The notes under the pieces were generated by a model. The model saw nothing but the letters and a program-made list of their open reading frames with translations. It was not told the origin of the DNA and made no database searches. This document shows, piece by piece, positions 12,834 through 25,457 of a stretch of 64,000 nucleotides of DNA (position 1 is the stretch's first letter; the number at the start of each line of letters is the position of its first letter). The position numbers and the translations under genes are program-made. The stretch is from Octopus sinensis (lineage: Eukaryota), in assembly GCF_006345805.1 (NCBI RefSeq), contig NC_043003.1:48546001-48610000 (forward strand). Reading direction: 5' to 3'.

Positions 12834-14464
12834 AACTTACAATGAATATTCTATTGTGTGAATTTCACTTTGTGTATATAAAACTGCCAGATCCTTGAAA
12901 TCTAATAATATTTGTGAATAACTGTTGGGTTCTTACGCTGTATCTTTGACAATAAAATCTTGTGAAGGTGGTACAACAGTGATCTTTTTGAAGTTATAAT
13001 GCAAAATGGTGTTACTGTAATCTGAACTCCAGATCACATGGACTACAAGCTTCAATGAGATCAAGACTGGAAGTAGGCCTCATGGACATCAAAAACTTCA
13101 TTTTCATGATCATTTCAAGCAGTCTCTTAATCGGTTGGAGCCAATGGCTGTTAAATGAAAGACATGGAAGACCGTGTCTGACACTAGAGCAGGGTGCTTT
13201 GAAACTAAACGCAAGTGGCTGCATAAAGACAGAAGGAGACATCATCATCAATCCACTGCAGCTGTTGTTTAGTGTCACTTTCGGTGCCCCTAGTGCCACA
13301 GGACGATCTGCCTATCTTGTATTGGTCTTGTCAGCCATGTCTGCTCCAATGAGAAACAATGTACTGGAGCAGGAGGAGGATGAATGTCTTGGATCATTGC
13401 TGTCATCACCTTTGATGGGCTGTCATAAGCAAAAATAGTAGAATAAGCAGTGTATGTTGTCACTGGAGATCCAACCACCCTTTGTCCCACTACCCTCTCA
13501 CCTGTTCTTTATTTTTGTAGGTTTTTAGGTATTCAACAATATGTGGTAAGATGTCGGGTTATTGGAACACCACTGGAAACTAGGAGGGCATTAATTCTAA
13601 ACAAGAAACCGGCTTGGATTGTGACAACCCATCCAAGGATCAGCATAAAATAGCTAATGCAAAATGAAGCAGATGATGATGATTATGATGATGTATGTTC
13701 CCATTTACACTGATTTCAAAACTGGTGTTGTTTATGTTTTATTCTTTTATATCTTGTAACCTAAGTAGCGCAAGATACACTTGAAAGTGATTCCAGTTTG
13801 AGGACATTCAACATGGAAAATACAGAAGCTTGGTGCCAGTCTTTCCAAGACCACCTAGATATAAATTGTGACATAGCTTTCTCTTCATTACTTAAGGATG
13901 TATACTCTTAACATGTTCAATTTCTTTCAATAGTTGTAGCTAGAGCATGGTGTCAGTTTTCTTTGTGTAAGGCTGTTGGAAAGCTATCAGTTAAGTTGTG
14001 AGCTTGGTCCTATGAGCGAGTCAGTGTGGGAAATAATAACCCAAATGATTAAGAACAAGTATCTTTACTTACAAAGCTTAATATGAGTTCTAGTTTTCCT
14101 GTCTTAAGTCATCTCAAAATCTATGGCTGTGTGGTTCAGATGTTTATTCAAACCGTATGATTCTGGGCTCTGTCTGACCCATGCAAGCTTGAAAAAGTGG
14201 ACATTAAAATGATGATGATGATGACAATGATAATGATGTTCATCTGGTTGAACATAAGCCAATAGGGGAGACTTTCAATCTGAACAGATTGAAAAAGCAG
14301 CTAAATTTTATTCAAGTTAGATGCTGCCATTCTAGAGAAGGATACATTATACAATGTGGCTCGGGGAAAAGATGGGATGTTCATACTTGGAAAACTTTTG
14401 ATAATTCTTGATCACAGCTGATCTGGGGGTAAACAACAACAAATGGTTGTGCAGAAGCTTCAGT

Positions 14465-14800
14465 AAAGGGTAAAACCCCCTTTGGTCATGAATAACCATG
14501 GGATTGCACCTAGAAAGTTACCCTCCCAGGTACAAGTCTGTGCATGGTTGTTTATGGAAGACCAGCAGTTGCCCATGCATACCGGCCTCCCCTCTCCATG
14601 CCACCAGTGTTATCCAAAGGAAAAGCAAAGGCTGATACAGCTTGGTACCAGTGACATCGCAACTTATTTCTACAGCTGAGTGAACTGGAGCAATGTGAAA
14701 TAAAGTGTCTTGCTCAAGAACATAACACACAGCCTGGTCTGGGAATCAAACTCACTACCTCATGATTGTGAGCTCAATGCTTTTACCACTGAGCCATGCA
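14465..14800 (-). mobile_element. tRNA-derived SINE family C
   Basis: Reverse complement of the 12495-12833 type. Confidence 0.85.
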
Positions 14801-14917
14801 CTATGGAACTTTAGTAACCAGTAAAAAATGGATTAGAAATCGTTTGAGGCATGTATGTGTGAGTGCACATACATGCCTCAAAGGGTCGTGTATGTGTGAG
14901 TGCATGTGTTTGTGTGT

Positions 14918-14971
<54 letters not shown>

Positions 14972-15366
14972 TAGATCAGGTGACAAGGAGGTAAACTCAA
15001 TCATAGTTTTAAGCTTAAACCTGTCAGTTCATCAGCCTAAATGAGCTGACTCAACATACAGAAAGAAAGAAGCATTTTAGTCATGACAATTCTTACTCCA
15101 CCTTAAATATTTCAATGTTTAAAAGGAACATCTGGGGTTCACTGCACATCAACTGACATCTTAATTGTCCTCCTGTATGACTGATAAATGTGGTAGTATT
15201 GGTAGAAGTGGATAGTGGTTGCAGAGAAAGTAGTGGCAGTGGTTGAGAGAAGAGTAATCTGATGAAAAATTTCAATTATATGTCACAGCTATGGTTTATG
15301 AGAATGAGAAAAATTCATATAAAGAAATATTACAAATCACACATACACATACATACATACATACAC

Positions 15367-15414
<48 letters not shown>

Positions 15415-15512
15415 TCTTTTATGTTTTTTCATGTTTCTGGTGCAGCCTTCCAGCTTACCAGCCCTGGTCAAACCATCCAACCCATGCTAGAATAGACAAT
15501 GATGATGATGAT

Positions 15513-15545
<33 letters not shown>

Positions 15546-15549
15546 CACA

Positions 15550-15910
15550 TAATGGTTGTGTGGTTAAAAAGCTTACTTTGGAACATACACGGTACACGGT
15601 CTCTCAGTGTGACACTTTGGGCAAGTATGTCCTATTATAGCCCAGGGCAACGAATGCTTGTTAGTGGATTTGGTAGTTAGAAACTATATGGAATCTGTCT
15701 TGTATGTGTGTACATGTAACTTTGTGTTTGTCCCCATCCCCAAGCCAACTGGTAGGAATTTGTTTATATCCCTGTAAATTAGCAGTTCAGCAAAAGAAAC
15801 TGATAACCCAAGTACTAGATTTAAAATAGGACAGGGGCCAATTTGTTCAACTAAATACAAGGTGGTACCCAAACATGACCACAGTCCTATGACAGAAATA
15901 AGTAAAGGAT
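15550..15910 (+). mobile_element. SINE family A (diverged)
   Basis: Head and tail motifs present. Confidence 0.7.
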
Positions 15911-15946
15911 GAAAGATACAATGATATATACAATGTATATCATATA

Positions 15947-16093
15947 CTTGTGCTAGAAAGAGCAGTATAAAACTCAAAACCACCAAAAAGGATAAATTTT
16001 CGAAAGGAATGAAAATTAAAAACGTTTTCATTCCTTTTGAAAATTTATCCTTTTTGGTGGTTTTGAGTTTTCTACTGCTCTTTCTAGCACAAG
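15947..16093. repeat. Fold-back, 69-bp arms, 9-bp spacer
   Basis: Arms 15947-16015 and 16025-16093, 2 mismatches. Confidence 0.95.
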
Positions 16094-16214
16094 GCTTTCC
16101 TATTTGGAAGCCTCTTATTGTATTTCTATGTGAATAATATATAGTCTAATAACTAATTCGTTTTTGTGCTAGGCCACTGGTAATAATAATTTCTTATTAC
16201 CCTATTGTTATTTA

Positions 16215-16259
<45 letters not shown>

Positions 16260-16304
16260 GTATGTATGTATATATATATATTCTCTTTTACTCTTTTTAC
16301 TCTT

Positions 16305-16486
16305 TTACTTGTTTCAGTCATTTGACTATGGCCATGCTGGAGCACTGCATTTAGTCGAACAAATCGACCCCAGGAGTTATTCTTTGGAAGCCTAGTATTT
16401 ATTCTATCAGTCACTTTTGCCAAACCGCTAAGTTACAGGGTCGTAAACACACCAGCATCGGTTGACAAGCGATGTTGGGGGAACAA

Positions 16487-16519
<33 letters not shown>

Positions 16520-16697
16520 CATATACACATATACAGCAGGCTTCTTTCTGTTTCCGTCTACTGAATTCACTCACAAGGCTTTGGTCAGCCTGAGGCTATA
16601 GTAAAAGACACCTGCTCAAGGAGTTATGGAGTGGGATTGAACCCGGAACCATGTGGTTGGTAAGCAAGCTACTTACCACACAGCCACTCCTGCGCCT
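16305..16697 (-). mobile_element. SINE family A, full length
   Basis: Reverse complement of the 17376-17800 type. Confidence 0.87.
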
Positions 16698-17375
16698 CTA
16701 CAAATATTCTATAATTATAGACATAATTATAATTAGGAGTCAGCTAATTGCTTCACCATGCACCGAATTTAGAAATAGGAGTTAAAATACCTTTTCTGCT
16801 ACCATATATATATATATATGGGTGTAGGCATGCATGTGTGCTAAAAAGTTTGCTTCCCAACCACATGGTTCTGGTTTCAGTCTCACAGTGTAGTACCTTG
16901 GGCAAGTGTCTTCTACTATAACATCAGGGCGACCAAAGTCTTGTGAGTGGATTTGGTAAATGGAAACTGAAAGAAGCCCGTCGTGTATATATAACAAAAG
17001 GTTGTTTTATAATACTATTCCACATATACAAAAATAACTATACCAACAATCCAACACACCTCCATCATCAGCTGGCCCATGGATATCACTATGGTTTCGA
17101 CACCTGGGTAGTACCATTCAATCTGATGGTATCAACAGTACTAAAATAAGTGTTGTTTGGGAACAAACATACCAAAAAAACAACAACTTTGAAACACATT
17201 TACACACACATTGAACTACTTTAGAACGGTATTTAAATCATTAAAAGATATTGTGTTTGCGACTGACCAAGCAGGTTCAGATGTTTACAGTACTTGCAGC
17301 TCTAGGTTGCTAGTGCCATCCTTGTGTGCTATATATATATATATATATATACATATATATACATATATATATATA

Positions 17376-17536
17376 GGCGCAGGAGTGGCTGTGTGGTAAG
17401 TAGCTTGCTTACCAACTACATGGTTCTGGGTTCAGTACCACTGCGTGACACCTTGGGCAAGTGTCTTCTACTATAGCCTCGGGCCAATCAAAGCCTTGTG
17501 AGTGGATTTGGAAGACGAAACTGAAAGAAACCTGTC

Positions 17537-17572
<36 letters not shown>

Positions 17573-17800
17573 ATATGTATGTGTGTGTATATGTTTGTGT
17601 GTTGGTGTTTGTCTCCCCAATATTACTTGACAACCGACATTGGTGTGTTTACATCCCCATAACTTAGAGGTTTGGCAAAGAGACTGACAGCATAAGTACT
17701 AGACTTACAAAGAATAATCCCTGGGGTTGATTTACTTGACTAAAGGCGGTGCTCCAGCATGGCCGCAGTCAAATGACTGAAACAAGTATAAGAGTAAAAA
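17376..17800 (+). mobile_element. SINE family A, full length (tRNA-like head, internal microsatellite, 3' half ending aacaagtaaaag)
   Basis: ggcgcaggagtggctgtgtggtaag...ccttgggcaagtgtc...gtggatttgg...(TA)n/(TG)n...ggtgctccagcatggccgcagtcaaatgactgaaacaag. More than 20 related copies in the window. Confidence 0.88.
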
Positions 17801-17815
17801 TATATATATATATAA

Positions 17816-17858
<43 letters not shown>

Positions 17859-18091
17859 CATATATGTGTGTGTATATGTCGCCTGTAACTTAGCAGTTTG
17901 GTAAAAGAAACTGAAAGAATAAGTATTAGGCTTACAGAGAACAAGTCCTGGGGTTGAATTCTTTTATTAAAAACCCCTTTAAGGCAGTTAAACGACAAAC
18001 ATGTAAAAGAATAAAAGAATATGTCTATGTATGTATGTATTCATATGTGTATACACATACATATATTTATGAAATATGCATTTAATATCTG

Positions 18092-18320
18092 CGGCGAGGT
18101 GGCAGAACCATTAGCACGCCGGGCGAAATGTGTAGCCGTATTTTGTCTGCTGTTACATTCTGAGTTCAAATTCTGCCGAGGTCAACTTTGCCTTTCATCC
18201 TTTCGGGGTCGATTAAATAAGTACCAGTTACGAACTTGGGATTGATATAATCGACTTAATCCATTTGTCTGTCCCTGTTTGTTCTCTCTGTTTAGCCCCT
18301 TGTGGGTAGTAAAGAAATAG
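18092..18320 (+). mobile_element. SINE family B
   Basis: ggcgaggtggcagaa...gagttcaaattc...ctttgcctttcatcctttcggggtcga...gtaaagaaatag. Confidence 0.85.
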
Positions 18321-18473
18321 ATATATATATATGAGATATAATTTTATATACACATAATGTACCAGATACTAAAAACTGACAAACACTATATGTTAAAGGA
18401 AGCATATCTTTACTCCTACCATCAATATCATCCCTGTCTGGTGGTGGTACTACTGCCACTGCTGTTACAGTTG

Positions 18474-18504
<31 letters not shown>

Positions 18505-19374
18505 ACTTACTGAGAAAACACCCATTAACTGTTAATTTAACACTGAGCTGTGAACAAACAGCATGGCTTCCGTTTCTCTGAATATCTCTCACAGGGTGAC
18601 AAGAAGCTCACTTAAACTAACTGAATGCACTTGTCTCTGCATATTTATTGTGTCTTGTCTCTATTGAACTACTTTAGAGCTGTATTTAAATCATTAAAAG
18701 TCATTGTGTTTGCAACTGACCAAGCAGGTTCATTTGTTTTCATACATACATACATGCATACATACATATATATTGAGGTCTTTGTCATATGTTTGCTTTA
18801 TATGTTAACTGATAAATCAATGAATTAACTAAGACTATTTTACTTTGACTCGTATAATTCTTTCTTTATGATTGATCCAAGATGTAAGAAAGTAGTGCAG
18901 CAAAATATTCTCTTAAAAGTTTCTGAGAAAATGTTTTAAATTCTGAGAATTTTTCTTTTCTGTTTTGGAAAGCATTTAAATAGTTTTAGGTGGAGTGTTA
19001 TTGAAAAGCAAACTTTTGTAGTAAAGAAACTGTATGTGTTTGAAAAAGTTAGTCATAGAGCATTGTATATGTATATCAGGGTAAATGATGGAATTTGGAC
19101 CTAAGAAGTCCTCTTATCCTCGAAATAACCAGTGCCACTTTAGCGTACAGTCTACCTAGCCATTTGCATTTTGTACTCTATCCACTAGTGTAGCTGAAGG
19201 ATGGGGGCAGTGGGAGCAGTGCTTTTGGATCTGCTGTAGAAACGGGTGGCAAACGGAAGGGCTGCCCCCAGGTGGCACACACTCTAGCTACACTAGTGAC
19301 TATCCCTAAATCTTTACCATAACCTAACTCTAACCCCTAACCCATTTGTAACCCTAAAAAAAAAGTGGTATAGC

Positions 19375-19620
19375 TACCTTCTTGAGTCATACCAACTCAT
19401 AAGGACCTGTTACCTGGTTTGATGGCATATTTATTTTCCCCACCTGGACAGGACACTGGTCTGTTATGCAAGATTACTCATTCTTGCCAGCTGAGTGGAT
19501 TGGGGCAGCATGAAATGAAATGTTATGTTCAAGAACACGTGTCACTCAGTCCTGGAATTGAAACCACAATCTCATGATCATGAGTCCAACACCCTAACCA
19601 CTAAGCTACATGCTTCTACC
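19375..19620 (-). mobile_element. SINE family C variant within telomere-like repeats
   Basis: Head ...caccctaaccactaagctacatgc in reverse complement. Confidence 0.7.
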
Positions 19621-19839
19621 AATCGTAATCCTAAACCCTAACCTAACTTTAAACTCTAACCCTAACCCCAGACCAGGTCATTTTACAGCATAGACAACAG
19701 ATACTAAGAGAGACCACATGCTTCAGTAGCACCAGATAATCACTTCAAAATTTCTTCTTAACATTAATTTTAGGTTCTCAAACTTTAACATTCTGTAGTT
19801 TAAAGAGTCATCAATTCTAATGGAGAACAGTTCAGAACA

Positions 19840-20008
19840 CTTGCTGTATGGTTAAGAAGCTAGCTCTGCAACCCCATGGTTTCGGGTTCAGTTCCACAAC
19901 ACAGTACCTTGAGTGAGAGAATGTCTTCTTTTATAGCCTTGGGATGACCAATGCTTTGTGAGTGAATTGGTAGATGGAAACTGTGTGGAAGTCCATTGTA
20001 TATATGTA

Positions 20009-20044
<36 letters not shown>

Positions 20045-20230
20045 TGTGTATCTTTCCCCATCACTGCTTGACGATCAGTGTTGGTTTGTTTATGTCCCTA
20101 TAACTCACTAGTTCAGCATCTGAGACTGAAAGAATAATACTGGAGTTGATTTGCTTGATTAAAAAAAAAAAAAAACACTTCAAGGCAGTTCTCCAGTATG
20201 ACTGCAGTCCAATGACTGAAACATGTAAAG
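19840..20230 (+). mobile_element. SINE family A (diverged)
   Basis: Head, (TG)n, tail. Confidence 0.75.
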
Positions 20231-20538
20231 AAAAAAAATGATACCACCCAATCTTATCAACTGAAACTCAGATGTATCATTAGAAAACTGGATGAATTGT
20301 AAAAGAAAAACTGAAATAATAAAAGCTAAATTATAAACCTAACACAGGTGCAGGTGTAGTTGTGTGGTAAGAAGTTTGTTTCACAACCATATGGTATCAG
20401 ATTCAGTCCCACTGTGTGGCACCATGAGCAAGTGTCCAAAGCCTTGTGAGCACATTTGGTGGATAGAAAATGGAAGAAACCCATCATATATATATATATA
20501 TGCTCAACAAAATATGCAGACAATATAAACCAGTCAAA

Positions 20539-20735
20539 GGTGGCGAGCTGGCAGAAACATGAGCACGCTGGGCAAAATGCTCATGTCTTTGTGTTCTGAG
20601 TTCAAATTCCGCTGAGGTCGACTTTGCCTTTCATTCTTTCGGGATCAATAAATTAAGTACCAGTTGCGTACTGAGGTCAATCTAATCGACTGGCCCCCTC
20701 CCCCAAAATTTCAGGCCTTGTGCCTAGAGTAGAAA
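20539..20735 (+). mobile_element. SINE family B (alternative 3' tail)
   Basis: Same head and core; ends caggccttgtgcctagagtagaaa. Confidence 0.82.
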
Positions 20736-20994
20736 AAAAAAAAAATCGGTCACTATTTGCAGCCGTTATCAATAAGAATAAATTGTCTAAATTTCAGTAA
20801 CCACAATAGTGTTGTTCAGTAGTGTATGTTAACAACATCATTCCACATATTATCTAGTTGGTTATTCTTATCTTTTATCTTTTACTTGTTTCAGTCATTA
20901 GTCTGCGACCATGCTGGGGCACCACCTTGGAGAATTTTTAGTCGAATGTATCACCCCTAGTCCTTTTGTTTTTAAGCTTAGTACTTGTTTTATA

Positions 20995-21230
20995 GGCAAT
21001 GAGCTGGCAGAAACGTTAGCACACCGGGCGAAATGCGTAGCCGTATTTCGTCTGCCGTTACGTTTTGAATTCAAATTCCGCCGAGGTCGACTTTGCCTTT
21101 CATCCTTTCAGGGTCGATAAATTAAGTACCAATTATGCACTGGGGTCGATGTAATCGACTTAATCCGTTTGTCTGTCCTTGTTTGTCCCCTCTGCATTTA
21201 GCCCCTTGTGGGTAGTAAAGAAATAGAAAT
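20995..21230 (+). mobile_element. SINE family B nested in a SINE A tail
   Basis: Consensus-like copy between minus-strand family A tail segments. Confidence 0.85.
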
Positions 21231-21341
21231 AGGTCTCTTGTAATTAATTGCTAAGTTTTGGGAATGTATACACACCAACACCGCTTGTCAAGCAGTAGTG
21301 GGAGGACAAACACAGACACAAAAACACACACACACAGATAC

Positions 21342-21402
<61 letters not shown>

Positions 21403-21484
21403 TACTCACACAGGTATGATGGTACAAACAGGATAAATAGAACACAAAATATGAGTATGTGTATATTTTTATTAATATTTATAT

Positions 21485-21672
21485 ATCATCATCGTTTAAC
21501 GTCCGCTTTCCATGCTAGCATGGGTTGGACAGTTTCACTGAAAACTGCTAAGTCGGGGGAGAGGGGCTGCACTAAGTTTCAGTCTTATTTGATAAGGTTT
21601 CTACAGCTTGATGCTCTTCCTAATGCCAACCACTCCGAGAGTGTAGTGGGTGTTTTTATTTACATGCCACTG
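21485..21672 (-). mobile_element. RTE 3'-tail fragment
   Basis: catcatcgtttaacgtccgctttccatgctagcatggg...taatgccaaccactcc. Confidence 0.8.
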
Positions 21673-22914
21673 ACCTAACACTTTGTGTTCTGAGTTCAAA
21701 TTCCGCTGAGGTCGACTTTGCCTTTCATTCTTTCGGGATCAATAAATTAAGTACCAGTTGCATACTGAGGTCAATCTAATCAACTGGCCCCCTCCCCCAA
21801 AATTTCAGGCCTTGTTTCTGCTAGCTTGTTACCTTCAGCTTTGAATTGGAGACTTGAACCACTTCGAGGCAGTGCTCCAGCATGGCCACAGTTCAGTGAC
21901 AGAAATAAATAAAAGCTATAAGATAAAGACCTATTGTGTTACTAAATTCACTCAGTTTAGCAAGATTCTCAAAGTGCAGAATGGTTTGGAAAGACTGTAG
22001 CTTTTGGTATAGACAAATAAAAATAATAAAGTAAATGCTCCCTTTTAAAGCCTAGCCAGGCTCATGGGCCCGGTTTCCCCGGTTTCAATGGCGTATATGA
22101 TTAAACATAGTTCTGTTTAATCAGGAGGCTGACAAGGAGTCAAGCAACAATAGCAACAGCAAAGCCCAAGCATAACTGTGTGTTTACGAAGCTAACTTTC
22201 GATCATGTGGCCCCAGGTTCAGTCCCACTGCACAGCACCTTGGGCAAGTGTCTTCTACTATAGCTCTAGGCCAAACTAATAGCTTGTGAATGAAATTGGT
22301 AAGTGAAAACTGCGTGGAAGCCTGTCATATATATGTGTGTGTGTGTTTTTGTTTTTCTCTCTACCATCTGACAACTGGTGTTGGTTTGTTAATGTCTCTG
22401 TAACTTAGCAGTTCAGCAAAAGTGTTTGATAGAATTAGTACCTGACTTAAAATATGTTCAGGGGTCACTTTCAATGACTAGATTAGCTGTTCATGACCGC
22501 AGCTCAAAGGGCCACAGTTCACAGGGGCCCAAGCATCCTTCGGGTGGCCGCCAATGGTCTTCTCTCTTGAAATATAATAAATCTTTCTTTAACTGACTTG
22601 CGTCTTAAATTTTTTGGCGCCCCTACCCCACTTAAAAAAAAATCCAGTTTTCTGATCTGGCTTGGATATAAAAACAAAGTCGAAGAACCACTCACTGGAC
22701 TTGAACCACTTCAAGGCAATGCTTCAGCGCGGCCACACTTCAATGACAGAAACAAGTAAAAGCTATAAGATAAAGACTTATTGTGTTACTAAATTCACTC
22801 AGTTTAGCAAGATTCTCTAAGTGCAGAATGGTTTGGAAAGATTATAGCTCTTGGTTTCGACAGATAAATATCTTCTAATTTTTTTCTTCTCCAAAGCTGG
22901 AATAATGATACAAT

Positions 22915-23292
22915 AAAAACACCATCCGAGCGTGGCCGTCTGCCAGCTCGTCTGGCACCTGCCAGCCTCATCTGGCACCTGTGTCGGTGGCACATAAAAC
23001 ACCATCGAGCGTGGCCGTTCGCCAGCCTCGTCTGGCACCTGTGTCGGTGGCACATAAAACACCATCCGAGCGTGGCCGTTCGCCAGCCTCGTCTGGCACC
23101 TGTGTCGGTGGCACATAAAATCACCCACTACACTCTCGGAGTGGTTGGCGTTAGGAAGGCATCCAGCTGTAGAAACACTGCCAGATCTGACTGGCCTGGT
23201 GCAGCCTTCGGGCTCCCAGACCCCAGTTGAACCGTCCAACCCATGCTAGCATGGAAAACGGACGCTAAATGATGATGATGATGATGATGATG
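22915..23292 (+). mobile_element. RTE 3' UTR fragment with three ~60-bp repeats and (GAT)n tail
   Basis: Near identical to 34940-35295. Confidence 0.88.
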
Positions 23293-23569
23293 AATTCACA
23301 GGTGTTTGTCAGTCTACATATGTATTTGTTTTCTTATCTACTTATTTTCTCACAAACTTATTGCCCTATCTGCTTTTTATATCTATGGACATATCCATTT
23401 ACTAGCTTGTTGGCAGCAAATGTAACACCACCACTTCCTCTATCTCTCTCTCTTCATCATTCTCAGACAGACAGCAAAAGCTAGAAACAGTACATTCTTC
23501 ATTCCTTCTGGCAATTTCATTTATCAAACTCTTTTAGTAATTCTCCTGTCAACACACACATACACATTA

Positions 23570-23746
23570 ATACATGGAAACATACACACACATATATACA
23601 TATACACACGTGTACATACATACACATATATGTACACAGACACACATATATATATATATAAACATATATATGTACATACATATATACATATATATGCACA
23701 CATACATGCATATATATATATATACATACATACATATGCACATACA

Positions 23747-23777
<31 letters not shown>

Positions 23778-23840
23778 ATCTATACAAACACACACACACA
23801 CACACACACACACCACACATAGATATACATACATACAAGT
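23570..23840. repeat. Compound (CA)/(TA) microsatellite
   Basis: Direct inspection. Confidence 0.9.
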
Positions 23841-24228
23841 AAATTCACAATTCAGATGTATTATGAATTTGCTTGTCTGAATGCTTAAGACAAATATCTG
23901 AAATTTTTATCTTATACCAAATTTTATTAATCTTTAGCTTATATACGAGCGAATAAACAGTTGTACTATACACTAGGGCTTTATCTCCATTAAAATTCTC
24001 ATATTATACATACATATATACATACACACACACACACAGATACACACATATATATATATACATAAGCACACACGCATATATACATCACACATTCATAAAC
24101 GTATAGGAGAAAGAAAGTCATAGTTCAAGATGTAGTTTTAGGTGGTAGGTGAACTTGAGCACTTACTGTTTATACCCATTACATTACGTCATTGCACACA
24201 ATTTTACACGACCTCCCTCTATATATAC

Positions 24229-24272
<44 letters not shown>

Positions 24273-24492
24273 ACACAAACATACATACATAAACACAAAT
24301 ATATAAATCTTTAAATTGTTTCAGCTTCAAAGCTGAGTTCATGCTGGGGCACCACCATTGGCTGTGCTTCACCATTATTTGAAACCTCCTCTGATATGTG
24401 GCATTTGATGAATAAGGGAGTTTTATGCTGCTGCCTCCATCTGTTTCCTGCTGTACATATACTTATATATATATACTATATATATATATATA

Positions 24493-24675
24493 CAGGGTGT
24501 GATGAGTAAATCATCACCATTTTATATTTTTAATTTCATGCATGCACAGGAGTGGCTGTGTGGTAAGTAGCTTGCTTACTGTGTGGCACCTTGGGCAAGT
24601 GTCTTCTACTATAGCCTCGGGCCGATCAAAGCCTAGTGAGTGGATTTGGTAGACGGAAACTGAAAGAAGCCTGTC

Positions 24676-24719
<44 letters not shown>

Positions 24720-25230
24720 GTGTATATGTTTGTGTGTCTGTGTTTGTTCCCCCAACATCGTTTGACAACTGATGCTGGTGTGTTTTCATCCCCGTAGCTT
24801 AGTGGTTCGGCAAAAGAGACCGATAGAATAAGTACTAGGCTTACAAAGAATATGTCCTGGGGGTCGATTTGCTCGACTAAAGGCGGTGCTCCAGCATGGC
24901 CACAGTCAAATGACTGAAACAAGTAAAGAGATTATGCACATTGTTTGTTTTTGATTTTGTCGACTACACAGTACTGTGGGGTCAGTTGGGCACCGTCTGT
25001 GAGAAAACCAGCAACATGATGCAATCCACTCTGCCAGAAATTTGGAAACAACATGCAGTATTGCTTGCTTATTCAAGCTGGAAGCTCCAATACGAACATC
25101 TAACAGTGTTTTAGTGTCAATCTGAGGACATGTACTGAGAGTGTGAAAAATCCAGTCACACTTTCCCACATGGCTTCAGACTCAACATAGAGGCCTACAT
25201 CAAGTGCTTGGAGGAGGTAGTGCTGCCCTT
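24493..25230 (+). mobile_element. Tc1/mariner-superfamily remnant split by a SINE A insertion
   Basis: TA|cagggtgtg start; FPHGFRLNIEAYIKCLEEVVLP-like peptide at ~25160-25230. Confidence 0.5.
24546..24930 (+). mobile_element. SINE family A, near full length
   Basis: Same head, internal microsatellite and tail. Confidence 0.87.
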
Positions 25231-25414
25231 ATTTTACAAATAAGATACTTCATTCCACCGGCCTTTGCATGTTGGTGCCCCGGAGGTTGTGGGCCTATTG
25301 CTTATGTGGGACATCTCACCACTACCCAAACAGTATTAAGGCAATGACAGGCTGAGATGAACATACATGCATGTACACATATATGCGCGCATGCACACAT
25401 GCTTGTACACACAA

Positions 25415-25457
<43 letters not shown>

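Larger units (their letters stand above)
10943..13007 (-). pseudogene. GTPBP4: Processed pseudogene of nucleolar GTP-binding protein 1 (NOG1/GTPBP4), lacking the C-terminal part
   Basis: Minus-strand translation: [48 protein letters not shown] (G1), VQPYVFTTKSLFVGH, RNxIEMQAITALAHL, NKID (G4), RDDKERP, GDDYILELRKTWDLVNPEEKYD. Many stops and frameshifts, no introns, start codon apparently decayed to ATT. Confidence 0.95.

Noticed and set aside
10943-13007. Functional multi-exon NOG1 gene
   Set aside because: The interruptions are TSD-flanked transposons rather than GT-AG introns, and the frame has many stops.
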